A DNA stretch of 64,000 bases from Actinoplanes sp. (GTDB taxonomy: Bacteria; Actinomycetota; Actinomycetes; Mycobacteriales; Micromonosporaceae): positions 5,089 through 69,088 of the forward strand of contig DASSAL010000107.1 of NCBI GenBank assembly GCA_035685405.1, written 5' to 3'. Below, piece after piece: positions 9,584-19,413 of this stretch. A model generated the notes under the pieces. The model was not told the DNA's origin. It ran no database searches and saw only the letters and a program-made list of their open reading frames with translations. The position numbers and the translations under genes are program-made. How positions within the stretch are numbered: position 1 is the stretch's first letter; every line of letters begins with the position of its first letter.

Positions 9584-10702
9584 TCATGCCACCTCGTCCA
9601 CGCGCAGCCGGTATCCGCGCTTGATCACCGTCTCGATGTGCCGGCTGGACCCCAGCGCGGTACGCAGCCGGGCCACCGCCACGTCCACCGCGTGCACGTC
9701 GTTGCCGCGCGGAAGCGAGGCGGCCAGCTGATCCTTGGCCACCACCGCGCCGGGCCGGGCGGCGAGTGCGGCCAGGATGGACATCGAGGCCGGGGCGAGG
9801 GCGCGCAGGTGACCGTCGATCAGCACGGCGTGGCCGCGTATCTCGAGGGTGGTGCCGGCCACCCGCAGCCGGCGCACCCGGCGCGGCAGCTCGTCGGAGA
9901 CCGTCTTGATCAGCGCACCCATCCGGAACCGCTCCGGCTGCACCACCGGCACCCGATGCTCGATCAGCGGTCCGGCGGTGACCGGGCCGACACAGGCCGC
10001 CAGAGTCGCGGTCCGGAACCGCTCGAGGACCTGCCCGGCGCACCCGCCGGCGATCTCCAGGAACGCCTTGACCGCCGGCGCGCTGGTGAAGGTCACCGCG
10101 TCCACCTGCCCGGCGACCACCTGATCGACCAGCCGGCGCACCGGCGCGACGTCCGGCGGCAGGGTCCAGCGGTAGACCGGCACCTCGACCACGGCGGCGC
10201 CCGCCGCGCGCAACGCGGCCACGAACGCGGTCTGCGGTTCGCCGTGCTCCTGCACCGCGATCCGGTGGCCGGCCACGCCCTGCTCGAGCAGCCGGCTGAG
10301 CACCTCCGCGGAGGACTCGGTCTTCGCCGCCCACTCCTCGGTGAGCCCGGCCGCCCGGATCGCGCCGCAGGGTTTCGGGCCACGGGCGATCAGCCGGGCC
10401 GCCCGCAGTGCGGACCGGAGATCGTCGCCCATCCCCCACCCCTCGGCCGCCTCCAGCCAGCCGCGGAAGCCGAACCCGGTGGTCGCCACGACCAGGTCCG
10501 GGGCGAGTCCGATGCAGGCGGCGGTGGCGGCGTGCAGCGCCTGGTCGTCGGCCAGCGGGACGATGGTGATCGCCGAAGCGGTCACCACCCGGGCCCCACG
10601 GCGGGCCAGCAGAGCGGCCAGCTCATCGCGCCGCCGTTCGGCGGTCACCGCCACGGTGAAGCCGGCCAGCACACCGGCGTCGTCAGATGAGCGCACCGTC
10701 AC
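9584..10702 (-). CDS. nnaR: NnaR nitrate/nitrite assimilation regulator (HemD-like domain plus OmpR-type winged HTH); start approximate
   Basis: LAGFTVAVTAERRRDE, ARGPK, VTFTSAPA, C-terminal HAVDVAVARLRTAL...TVIKRGYRL; adjacent to nas/nir. Confidence 0.9.
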   Translation of the reverse strand: MTVRSSDDAGVLAGFTVAVTAERRRDELAALLARRGARVVTASAITIVPLADDQALHAATAACIGLAPDLVVATTGFGFRGWLEAAEGWGMGDDLRSALRAARLIARGPKPCGAIRAAGLTEEWAAKTESSAEVLSRLLEQGVAGHRIAVQEHGEPQTAFVAALRAAGAAVVEVPVYRWTLPPDVAPVRRLVDQVVAGQVDAVTFTSAPAVKAFLEIAGGCAGQVLERFRTATLAACVGPVTAGPLIEHRVPVVQPERFRMGALIKTVSDELPRRVRRLRVAGTTLEIRGHAVLIDGHLRALAPASMSILAALAARPGAVVAKDQLAASLPRGNDVHAVDVAVARLRTALGSSRHIETVIKRGYRLRVDEVA

Positions 10703-10747
10703 CAGACATATGGTGCACAGCCCCGATGTCACCTGCGGGACGAGCAC

Positions 10748-10763
10748 GTTTCCGGGAGGTCAC
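10748..10763 (-). promoter_or_regulatory. GlnR box upstream of nnaR
   Basis: Minus strand GTGAC-ctcccg-GAAAC matches gTnAc-n6-GaAAc. Confidence 0.7.
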
Positions 10764-10815
10764 GGTCCGAATTCGGTTGACCTCAACCCTCGTGCAGGTT
10801 CTAGCGTCGGTCGGC

Positions 10816-12684
10816 ATGAGCATGGAAGTCAGCGCCTGGATGTCCCTGCACCATGCGATGCATCAGCGCGACCAGCGCCCGTTCTCGAAGGACACGCTCA
10901 AGCGCATCGCCGCCTTCGCCCGCCCGCATCGGCGCCTGCTCGCCGGGTTCCTCGCCGGCAGTGTGGTGTCCGCGGTGCTCACCGTGGCCGCGCCGGTGCT
11001 GGCCGGGCGGGTGGTGAACACGATCGTGACCGGCCGGGACACCGCGCTGGTGATCTGGCTGGCGGTGGCCATCGCGGTGATCGCCCTGGCCGAGGCCGGG
11101 CTCGGCCTGCTGACCCGGTATCAGTCCGCGCGGATCGGTGAAGGGCTGATCCTCGATCTGCGCACCGCGGTGTTCGACCACGTCCAGCGGATGCCGGTGG
11201 CGTTCTTCACCCGGACCCGCACCGGCGCCCTGGTCAGCCGGCTCAACAACGACGTGATCGGGGCGCAGCAGGCGTTCAGCGACACCCTCTCCGGCGTGGT
11301 GGGCAACACCGTGACGCTGGCCCTCACGCTTGCCGTGATGCTCAGCTTCTCGTGGCAGATCACGCTCCTCGCGCTGGCGCTGTTGCCGATCTTCGTGCTA
11401 CCGGCCCGGCGGATGGGCACCCGGCTGGCCCGACTGGAACGCGAAGCGGCGGAGCACAACGCGGCGATGAGCACCCACATGACGGAGAAGTTCTCCGCAC
11501 CCGGCGCGACGCTGGTCAAGCTGTACGGGCGGCCGGCCGAGGAGTCCGCCGAGTTCGCCGCGCGGGCCCGGCGGGTCCGCGACATCGGCATCCGGACCGC
11601 GATGCTGCAGTGGGTTTTCATCACCGCGCTCACCGTGGTCGGGTCGCTGGCGCTGGCGCTGGTGTACGGCCTCGGCGGGTTCTACGCGATCCAGGGTCAA
11701 CTGGACGCCGGTACGGTGGTCGCCATGGCTCTGCTGCTGTCCCGGCTGTACGCGCCGCTCACCTCGCTGGCCAGTGCCCGCGTGGAGATCATGAGCGCGC
11801 TGGTCAGCTTCGAGCGGGTGTTCGAGATCCTCGACCTGAAGCCGCTGATCGTCGACAAGCCGGGCGCCCGCGCCGTGCCGGACGGCCCGGTGGCGGTGGA
11901 GTTCGACGATGTGCGGTTCGCCTACCCGTCCGCCGACCAGGTGTCCCTGGCGTCCCTGGAGGACGTCGCCAAGCTGGACGCCCGCGGCGGCGAGGAGGTG
12001 CTGCACGGGGTGTCGTTCCGGGCCGGACCAGGCGAGATGGTCGCACTGGTCGGCTCCTCCGGCGCCGGCAAGTCGACCATCGCCCAACTCCTGCCCCGGC
12101 TGTATGACGCCGACCGGGGCGCGGTCCGGCTCAGCGGCGCCGACGTCCGGGACCTGACCGCTGACTCGATCCGGGACGCGCTCGGTGTGGTCACCCAGGA
12201 CGGGCATCTGCTGCACGACACCATCCGGGCCAACCTGCGGTTCGCCCGGCCGGACGCGACCGAGGACGAGCTGTGGGACGTGCTGCGCCGGGCGCGGATC
12301 GCGGAGCTGATCGAGACGTTGCCGGACGGCCTGGACACCGTGGTCGGGGAACGCGGATACCGGCTCTCCGGTGGCGAACGGCAGCGGCTGACCATCGCCC
12401 GGCTGCTGCTGGCCCGGCCGCGGGTGGTGATCCTGGACGAGGCCACCGCCCATCTGGATTCCACTTCGGAGGCCGCCGTCCAGGCCGCCCTGGGCGAGGC
12501 GCTGACCGGCCGGACCAGCGTGGTGATCGCCCACCGGCTGTCCACGATCCGGTCCGCCGGCCAGATGCTGGTGCTGGAGGACGGCCGGATCGTGGAGCGG
12601 GGCCGGCACGCGGACCTGCTGGCCGCCGGGGGGCGGTACGCCGAGCTGTACCGCACCCAATTCGACCAGCCGGTCCCCGCTTAA
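10816..12684 (+). CDS. ABC exporter, fused permease/ATP-binding protein
   Basis: TM domain, GSSGAGKST, LSGGERQR, ILDEAT. Confidence 0.93.
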   Translation: MSMEVSAWMSLHHAMHQRDQRPFSKDTLKRIAAFARPHRRLLAGFLAGSVVSAVLTVAAPVLAGRVVNTIVTGRDTALVIWLAVAIAVIALAEAGLGLLTRYQSARIGEGLILDLRTAVFDHVQRMPVAFFTRTRTGALVSRLNNDVIGAQQAFSDTLSGVVGNTVTLALTLAVMLSFSWQITLLALALLPIFVLPARRMGTRLARLEREAAEHNAAMSTHMTEKFSAPGATLVKLYGRPAEESAEFAARARRVRDIGIRTAMLQWVFITALTVVGSLALALVYGLGGFYAIQGQLDAGTVVAMALLLSRLYAPLTSLASARVEIMSALVSFERVFEILDLKPLIVDKPGARAVPDGPVAVEFDDVRFAYPSADQVSLASLEDVAKLDARGGEEVLHGVSFRAGPGEMVALVGSSGAGKSTIAQLLPRLYDADRGAVRLSGADVRDLTADSIRDALGVVTQDGHLLHDTIRANLRFARPDATEDELWDVLRRARIAELIETLPDGLDTVVGERGYRLSGGERQRLTIARLLLARPRVVILDEATAHLDSTSEAAVQAALGEALTGRTSVVIAHRLSTIRSAGQMLVLEDGRIVERGRHADLLAAGGRYAELYRTQFDQPVPA

Positions 12685-12688
12685 CCCG

Positions 12689-14608
12689 TTACGGACGGCC
12701 GCGCGGACCGTCCAGGGTGTCCATGAACTCGTGTGGGCTGTGTAGCTTGGTCGCCGCGCGGGCCTGCTCCGCCTCGGCGCGCAGGGCCTTCGCCGCGGCT
12801 GCCGGGTCGGCGCCGACCCGCTGGGCGGCGCCCACCACCCGGTCGTACGCCGCCTCCGCGAGCGCGTACGCGACGCGGTACTGGTGTGCGGCGAACGCCT
12901 TGCGGGACAGACCGAGCAGCACGTCCGCAGCCCGCAGGTCACCGTCGGCCCGGCGGGCGTCCGGGTCGGCCAGCACGTCGGCCGCGAGCCGGTTGGCCGC
13001 CTCGTAGTAGGCCGCGGTCAGGAACCGGTCGCTGTTGTCCCGGTCGAACTGGCTGAAGTCCCAGTTGACGTCGATGTAACTCATCATCGAGTTGCTCTCG
13101 TCGCCGACCCAGGCGTAGTGGTATTCACCGCCCGCCGACACCAGCTCACCGGACTCGCTGTCGTATCCGTCGTGCGGGTGGTGCAGGCCGAGGTGGTGCC
13201 CGGCCTCGTGGATCATCGTGGTGGTCAAGCCGTAGCCGGCCTCGACGATGTCCGGTGAGATGAAGTTGAACACGTAGCTCTGGTCGCCGTCACTCCAGTC
13301 GTCGTCGGCGTACCCGAGCGGCGTGGGCAGATTGCGGTCGTCGGCAATATTGACCATGAGGAGCTCGTAGTCCACCCGGCCGGCGTCGTCCGGCAGCGAG
13401 TCGGCGATCTCCTCGGTGGCCAGGAACAGGTTCGCTACCGGCGGCAGCGTCTGGCCGGGGAAGCACGGCTCCTCGGTGTCGAACTCGGCGAGATAGCACT
13501 CCAGCACCTTGCCGGTGAGCGGCCGGTCCTCGTTGTCGTAGCTCAGCCGGTTCCGCCACCGCAGTTCACCGAGCTCGTCGAGCAGCAGGCCGGGCGTGAC
13601 GTACTCCGCCGATGCGTCCACCCCGGGCCAGCCCTCGTACGTGGTGCTGTCCAGGTTGATGGATTTCGGCAGGCCGGCCGGCAACTCCACCGGATACACC
13701 GGCGAGGTGGTCATCAGCAGGTCCAGCGCCACGTACCGGGTGAGCTTGGCCAGGTCGCCGGCCAGCGCGTCGGGCGAGCGGAAGCCGCCCCCGGTGTACT
13801 CCCAGATCGGTGGCATCCGGTAGTCGGCCACCCCGTCGCCGTCCACGTCCTCCTCGTCGACGATGTAGTTGTCGGTGGTCGACTCCGGCCCGGCGGACAG
13901 ATCGTGGAACCACACCCGGCGGGTGGAGCGCAGCCCGGTCTCCTCGTCGTCCGCGGTGGTGCCGCCCCAGGCGATCATCTTGCGGCTGTCCCGGTTGGCG
14001 CCGAAGTCGTAGCCGGTGTCCGGGTCGGGTTCGCCGATCTTGGTGTAGACGTGGAACTTGAAGTCGGGCCGCCCGAACCAATTGATGAAGAACACCGTGT
14101 TCCGGCGGGTGTCCACGCCGCTCGGCGGGTTCGCGGCCAGCCACTTCTCCACGCTCGGCCCGTCGATGTAGTGGTTGTCCGTGACGTCGGTGACGTTGCT
14201 CGCCTGGGCGTTGTACGCGTCCTGGAAGGCCGTCCGCGGCGCCGGCTCGGCGAGCGTGCCGAGCTGCTGGAAGAACCGGTCTTGGTACGACCGGGAGGCG
14301 TAGGTCAGCCGGTAGTCGTAGGTGTAGGTGATGCCGATCCGTTCGGTCACGCCGTAGTACAGCCGGGACTGCACCACCGGCTGGTACGTGCGGGCCAGCC
14401 CGGCCAGGAACTGCGACCGGTCCACCTGCTCCCGGTCGTAACCGAGGAAGACGACATTGACCGGCACCCGCTCGGTCAGCCGAGGCTGACCTCCCGGATC
14501 GAGATGGCGGAAGGTGGGAGTGGCGGCAGGGGCCGCGACGGCCGGGGTGGCCGAAGCGCCCAAAAGAGCCGCGGTCAACGCGATGACCAGCGCGGCGCTG
14601 CGTTTCAT
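12689..14608 (-). CDS. Secreted zinc metallopeptidase-like protein (metzincin motif)
   Basis: Signal peptide MKRSAALVIA...AVA, HEAGHHLGLHH (HExxHxxGxxH), Met-turn-like SMMSY. Confidence 0.75.
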   Translation of the reverse strand: MKRSAALVIALTAALLGASATPAVAAPAATPTFRHLDPGGQPRLTERVPVNVVFLGYDREQVDRSQFLAGLARTYQPVVQSRLYYGVTERIGITYTYDYRLTYASRSYQDRFFQQLGTLAEPAPRTAFQDAYNAQASNVTDVTDNHYIDGPSVEKWLAANPPSGVDTRRNTVFFINWFGRPDFKFHVYTKIGEPDPDTGYDFGANRDSRKMIAWGGTTADDEETGLRSTRRVWFHDLSAGPESTTDNYIVDEEDVDGDGVADYRMPPIWEYTGGGFRSPDALAGDLAKLTRYVALDLLMTTSPVYPVELPAGLPKSINLDSTTYEGWPGVDASAEYVTPGLLLDELGELRWRNRLSYDNEDRPLTGKVLECYLAEFDTEEPCFPGQTLPPVANLFLATEEIADSLPDDAGRVDYELLMVNIADDRNLPTPLGYADDDWSDGDQSYVFNFISPDIVEAGYGLTTTMIHEAGHHLGLHHPHDGYDSESGELVSAGGEYHYAWVGDESNSMMSYIDVNWDFSQFDRDNSDRFLTAAYYEAANRLAADVLADPDARRADGDLRAADVLLGLSRKAFAAHQYRVAYALAEAAYDRVVGAAQRVGADPAAAAKALRAEAEQARAATKLHSPHEFMDTLDGPRGRP

Positions 14609-14635
14609 GCGGCCACGCTGCCACTCCACGACGCT

Positions 14636-15790
14636 TCAGTAAATGTCGATGTCTACCCAGCGGCGCAATTCGACCGATCGGGCCATGGCGTCCAGGACCA
14701 GCGCGCTGTGCACCGCGTCGTCGAGCGTGGTTCCACACGGTTCGCCGGCGATCGAGCGCAGGAACCGGTACGCCTCGATCACCTTGAGGTCGTCGTACCC
14801 CATGGCGATGCCCGATCCCGGCTGGAAGGCGCCGTACGCGCCGTGCGCCGGTCCGACATAGACGGTGCTGACCGCTTGGTCCTGGTACGCGGTTCCGGCG
14901 CTGACCGCCAGCTCGCCCAGTCGCCGGAAGTCCCAGAACACCGCGCCGCGCGTACCGTGCACCTCGAAGCCGTAGTTGTTCTGCTCGCCGACCGCGACCC
15001 GGCTCGCCTCCAGCACCACCCGGGCCCCCGAGGCCAGGCGCAGCTGGCTGGACACGTAGTCCTCGTTCTCCACCGGACCCGGTTCGCCGCCCGCGGCCCG
15101 GCTGTGCCCGGCGGTGGCAGCGGTGGGCCGGGCCCGCTGCGGCACGAAGATGGCGGTGTCGGCGACCAGCGACCGGATCTCCCCGAGCAGGTACCGGATC
15201 AGGTCGACGCCGTGCGCGGCCAGGTCGCCGAGCACCCCACTACCGCCCCGGGCCCGCTCGAATCGCCAGGACAGCGCGCCTTCCGGATGTGCCGCGTAGT
15301 CGCTGAACAACCGGAACCGGGCATGCGTGACCGTGCCCAGCTCACCGTTCGCGATCATCTCGCGCGCCGCCTCGACGGCCGGGGCGTTGCGGTAATTGAA
15401 GCCGACCGCACCCTGGACACCGGCGGCCCGGACCGCCGCGGCCACCGCCCGGGCGTCCGCCGAGGCAAGCCCGACCGGCTTCTCGACCCAGATGTGCTTG
15501 CCGGCCCGGGCCAGCTCGACACCCATCTCCCGGTGCAGGAAGTTGGGCGCGGTGATGCTGACCGCCTGCACCCGGCGGTCGGCGGCCAGCTGCCGCCAGT
15601 CCCGGGTGGCGGTGGCGAAGCCGAACTGCCCGGCCGCCTCCTCGGCGCGGCCGGGCACCTCGTCGGCCACCGCCACCAACGTGGGCCGCAGCTCCAACCC
15701 GGGGAAATGGTGCGTCACCCGCAGGTACGCCTGGGTGTGCACCCGTCCCATCCACCCGAAGCCGGCCACCGCCACCCCGAACTCGCTCAT
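14636..15790 (-). CDS. Gfo/Idh/MocA family oxidoreductase
   Basis: GFGWMG Rossmann motif, WVEKP, GFNYR, GVLGDLAAH. Confidence 0.92.
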   Translation of the reverse strand: MSEFGVAVAGFGWMGRVHTQAYLRVTHHFPGLELRPTLVAVADEVPGRAEEAAGQFGFATATRDWRQLAADRRVQAVSITAPNFLHREMGVELARAGKHIWVEKPVGLASADARAVAAAVRAAGVQGAVGFNYRNAPAVEAAREMIANGELGTVTHARFRLFSDYAAHPEGALSWRFERARGGSGVLGDLAAHGVDLIRYLLGEIRSLVADTAIFVPQRARPTAATAGHSRAAGGEPGPVENEDYVSSQLRLASGARVVLEASRVAVGEQNNYGFEVHGTRGAVFWDFRRLGELAVSAGTAYQDQAVSTVYVGPAHGAYGAFQPGSGIAMGYDDLKVIEAYRFLRSIAGEPCGTTLDDAVHSALVLDAMARSVELRRWVDIDIY

Positions 15791-15803
15791 GTGCCCGAGT
15801 CTG

Positions 15804-17777
15804 TCACCAGGGTGACGGCGGCGGCGGTGGCACGACCGGCGGGCGATCGTCGCAGGTGATGGTGTTCGGCAGCATCCACGGGGCGAGCCAGCCGCCGTCG
15901 TTGCCGCCGAGGTCGGTCAGCGAGAACTCGGATCCGGTCGGTGGGAAATGGAACGAGCCGCAGTTGTTCACCCCGACCGCGCCGACGTTGCGGGCGTCGA
16001 CGTCGGCGAACGACGCGGAACCCCTGGCCCGGGCGCTGACCACCGAGGTGCCCGTCCCGTCCACCCGGACGTCGCGGAAGGTGAGGCCGGTGATCGAGTA
16101 GAGGTCCTTCACCGCCCACTCGGACACCAGCATGATCGCGTTGTACGTGCTGTCCAGGTAATGGTCGCCGGTGACCCGGATGTCCGCGTCGATGCTGCCG
16201 TCCAGCGCATAGAACCAGATCGCGCCGAGACCCAGGTTCCAGTTCAGGTCGAGCGTGCCGGCCCGGACCGTGGTGTTGCCGGTGAACGAAAGCCGGCCGG
16301 TGAACGGCTCGGCCCCGAATCGCGACCCGGCATGCAGGCCGCTGCCCTCGCGCAGCGGATCGGCGACCAGGTTGTTCGACACCGTGTTGTCGGTGCCGCC
16401 GTAGATCGCGATGCCGTTGGCCAGCGTCGGTGACTGGACGGTGTTGTGATCGAAGACGTTGCCCGCGTCGGCCGCTGTTTCCGACCACATGGCCAGACCG
16501 TCGTCGCCGGTGTTGCGCACGAAGACGTTGCGGACCACGGAGTTCGTCACGCCGGTGTGGAAGTTCAGCGCGTCGGCGATCTGGTCCACGATGATCGAGT
16601 TGGTCACCGTGAGATTCGTCATCGGGCCGTCGAACCACAGCCCCACCTTGGTGTGCCGGATATGCAGGCCGTCGATGGTGGAGTCGCTCATCGCGCCGCC
16701 GATGCCGTTCACCTGATCGGTGTCGATCCGCTCACGCACGTTCCCCTCGATCGCGAAACCGCGCAGGTGTACGCGATGACTGCCGCCCGCCGCCGCCTCC
16801 TTGCCGTAGAAGCCGACCCCGTCGCCCTTGACGACCGTGTACCAGGTGCCGGCCCCCTCGATGGTCACGTCGTCGACGATGATGTGCCGGTTGACCTGGT
16901 AGACACCGGGCGGCAGATAGACCGGCAGACCGGCGCGGCGCGCGAACGCGATGGCCCGGTCCAGGGCCGGCGCCGAGTCGCGGCGACCGGTCGGGTCGGC
17001 ACCGAACAGCAGCGGATTGGCCGCCTTCAGGTTGACGTGTGGCGGCCCGGCCAGTTCGGAGTCGAGCAGATCGATGACCGTCCAGGCGGCGGTGCTGCCC
17101 TCCGGCATGGTCAGCCGGAGCCGGTCGCCGGCCCGATAGGTGCGGCCGAGCAGCAGGCGCTGCTCGTCGTAGAACTTCATCGGGCGGAACGGCTTGCTGA
17201 TCACCGGAGCCGGTGTGGTGGCCGCCGGCACACACCCGCACTCGGTGATCCACCAGTCCGGGTGCAGCAGGTCGGCATCCGGGTCGTTGGTGAACGGGTA
17301 CTGGTTGTAGAGGTACGCGTACTCCGAGGTCAGCGTCATGGTCCGGCGGCCGGTGCCGTTGACCGTGACGTCCAGCGGCGCGCGGATGCCGCCGCCGGTC
17401 GGTGCGTCCGGGATGCTGTACCGGACGGTGATCGCGTTCGCCGCGCGGGGCAGGGTGAACTCCACGTACTGGCCCGGGGTGAGCCGGACCGCCGAGCGAC
17501 CGGAGGCCTCGGCGGCCGGGGTGTACGGGGCCCGGTCCGGGCCGATCACGGTACCGGTGGTGCGGGCGTTCTCGGCTTCCTGCTCGAGGAACGCGACCCG
17601 GGCGCCGCGGCCGGCCACCAGAGCCGGATCCAGCGCGGCCCGGGTGACCTTCGTCGGTGACGGCGACGCCGCGGCCGGACCGGTGCCGGCCATCAGCGGG
17701 GTCAGACCGACGGCCGACGCGGTGAGCACGGCGAGCCAGCGTGGTGGAACGCCGGCCCGCCCCTGCGGGTAGGACAT
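15804..17777 (-). CDS. Secreted alpha-1,3-glucanase/mycodextranase-like protein (GH87-type beta-helix)
   Basis: Signal peptide; EQEAE, EASGRSAVRL, ANAITVRYSIPD, FGADPTG, ADALNFH, RNTGDDGLAMWS. Confidence 0.82.
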   Translation of the reverse strand: MSYPQGRAGVPPRWLAVLTASAVGLTPLMAGTGPAAASPSPTKVTRAALDPALVAGRGARVAFLEQEAENARTTGTVIGPDRAPYTPAAEASGRSAVRLTPGQYVEFTLPRAANAITVRYSIPDAPTGGGIRAPLDVTVNGTGRRTMTLTSEYAYLYNQYPFTNDPDADLLHPDWWITECGCVPAATTPAPVISKPFRPMKFYDEQRLLLGRTYRAGDRLRLTMPEGSTAAWTVIDLLDSELAGPPHVNLKAANPLLFGADPTGRRDSAPALDRAIAFARRAGLPVYLPPGVYQVNRHIIVDDVTIEGAGTWYTVVKGDGVGFYGKEAAAGGSHRVHLRGFAIEGNVRERIDTDQVNGIGGAMSDSTIDGLHIRHTKVGLWFDGPMTNLTVTNSIIVDQIADALNFHTGVTNSVVRNVFVRNTGDDGLAMWSETAADAGNVFDHNTVQSPTLANGIAIYGGTDNTVSNNLVADPLREGSGLHAGSRFGAEPFTGRLSFTGNTTVRAGTLDLNWNLGLGAIWFYALDGSIDADIRVTGDHYLDSTYNAIMLVSEWAVKDLYSITGLTFRDVRVDGTGTSVVSARARGSASFADVDARNVGAVGVNNCGSFHFPPTGSEFSLTDLGGNDGGWLAPWMLPNTITCDDRPPVVPPPPPSPW

Positions 17778-17882
17778 CGACGGCTCGTTTCTCTCGCGTG
17801 TGGAGCGTGAGGCGACGATAGGTGCCCACTGATCCGCTTCACAAGAGCCTGTCGAGGATTTTCGAAAGCCTGCCGAGTTTTT

Positions 17883-18650
17883 TCAGTCTGAGGTCAACTC
17901 CGCGCGCAACTTCAGAAGCGAGCGCGCGATCAATCGGGACACGTGCATCTGCGACACACCCACCTGGGCGGCGATGTCCGACTGGGTCATGTTGCCGTAG
18001 AAGCGCATCGACAGGATGGTCTGCTCGCGTTCGTCGAGACGTGCCATCGCGATGCCGAGCACCATGCGCAGCTCGGTCATCTCGTACTCGTGGTCGTCCT
18101 CGCCGAGCGTGTCGCCGAGGCACATCGACTCGTCCATCGCCACCGGGGTGGACAGGCTGGTGGCCGAATACGCCCGGGCGCCCTCCAGGCCCTCCAGCAC
18201 GTCCTCCTCGGTCACGTTGAGGTGGGCGGCGATGTCCGCCACCGTGGGCGACCGGCCGAGCGCGTGCAGCAGCGTGTTGTTCGCGTCGGTGATGGCCATC
18301 CGCAGTTCCTGGGTGCGGCGCGGCACCCGCACCGACCAGGTGCGGTCCCGGAAGTGCCGCTTCACCTCACCGAGGATGGTCGGGATGGCGAAACCGGAGA
18401 ACTCGACACCGCGTTCCGGGTCGTACCGGTCGACCGCCTTGATCAACCCCACCGTGGCGGTCTGCAGCAGGTCGTCCGCGGGTTCGCCGCGGCCGTGATA
18501 GCGGGCCGCCAGGTGGCGGGCGAGCGGCAGCCAGGCCTCGATGACCCGCGCCCGGAGCGCGGCTCGGCCGGGCTGGCCGGCCGGCATCCGGGCCATCGCC
18601 TTGATCAGCTCGTCGGCGCTGACCGGCGCCGTGTCCGTGGTGGTTCGCAA
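17883..18650 (-). CDS. SigB/SigF/SigG family RNA polymerase sigma factor
   Basis: DDLLQTATVGLIKAVDRYDP, FAIPTILGEVKRHFRD, SQMHVSRL. Confidence 0.95.
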   Translation of the reverse strand: MRTTTDTAPVSADELIKAMARMPAGQPGRAALRARVIEAWLPLARHLAARYHGRGEPADDLLQTATVGLIKAVDRYDPERGVEFSGFAIPTILGEVKRHFRDRTWSVRVPRRTQELRMAITDANNTLLHALGRSPTVADIAAHLNVTEEDVLEGLEGARAYSATSLSTPVAMDESMCLGDTLGEDDHEYEMTELRMVLGIAMARLDEREQTILSMRFYGNMTQSDIAAQVGVSQMHVSRLIARSLLKLRAELTSD

Positions 18651-18842
18651 ACCTGCCCCCTCGATGGAGAAGCGCTGACCTGCTTACCGTAAAACGACTC
18701 AGTAATCGACGCAACTTGTAGGTGAAAGACGAGGGTCATCTCACCACCGCACGGGGACACCTCCGGCCGCCCGATCCCCGCTACCGGTTCCTCAACGGCA
18801 AGGTCAACGGACTCCCGCTTGAGCTCCAATGCACTAAACGAG

Positions 18843-18869
18843 GGTTTGTGCACGTTCGGGGGTGGGAAT
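18843..18869 (+). promoter_or_regulatory. SigB-like promoter for the DUF4383 gene
   Basis: GGTTT-N16-GGGAAT about 33 nt upstream of the ATG, followed by an AAGGAG RBS. Confidence 0.55.
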
Positions 18870-18902
18870 GCGGCTTCCACCTCGACGAAGGAGATATCGA
18901 CC

Positions 18903-19355
18903 ATGGTCAGCAGGTCTCAGACGGGTGGCACGTCTCGCACCCGTACGCTTGTACAGACGGCGGCACTCGCCGTCGCAGCAGTCTTCACGCTGGTCGGCGT
19001 GCTCGGTTTCATTCCAGGCATCACCACGAACTACGGCGACATGACGTTCGCGGGTCACCACTCGGACGCCATGCTGCTCGGCATCTTCCAGGTGTCCATC
19101 CTGCACAACATCGTGCACCTGCTGTTCGGCCTGGCCGGCTTCGCGCTGGCCCGGACGATCTCCGGTGCCCGGTCATACCTGATCGGCGGCGGCGCCATCT
19201 ACCTGGTGCTCTGGCTGTACGGCCTGGTCGTCGGCCAGGAGACCGCGGCCAACTTCATTCCGGTCAACGCCGCGGACGACTGGCTGCACCTGTTCCTTGG
19301 CCTCGGCATGATCGCCCTCGGCTTCCTCACCACCCGCAACACCGCTCGCCGGTAA
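18903..19355 (+). CDS. DUF4383 family membrane protein
   Basis: GVLGFIPG, LLGIFQVSILHNIVHLLFG, PVNAADDWLHL. Confidence 0.88.
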   Translation: MVSRSQTGGTSRTRTLVQTAALAVAAVFTLVGVLGFIPGITTNYGDMTFAGHHSDAMLLGIFQVSILHNIVHLLFGLAGFALARTISGARSYLIGGGAIYLVLWLYGLVVGQETAANFIPVNAADDWLHLFLGLGMIALGFLTTRNTARR

Positions 19356-19365
19356 CACCGGCACA

Positions 19366-19398
19366 CGACCGGGCCACCCCGTCGGGGTGGCCCGGTCG
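19366..19398. terminator. Bidirectional terminator hairpin
   Basis: Perfect 15-bp stem CGACCGGGCCACCCC/GGGGTGGCCCGGTCG between convergent genes. Confidence 0.8.
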
Positions 19399-19413
19399 AC
19401 CGTGTCCAGGGCG

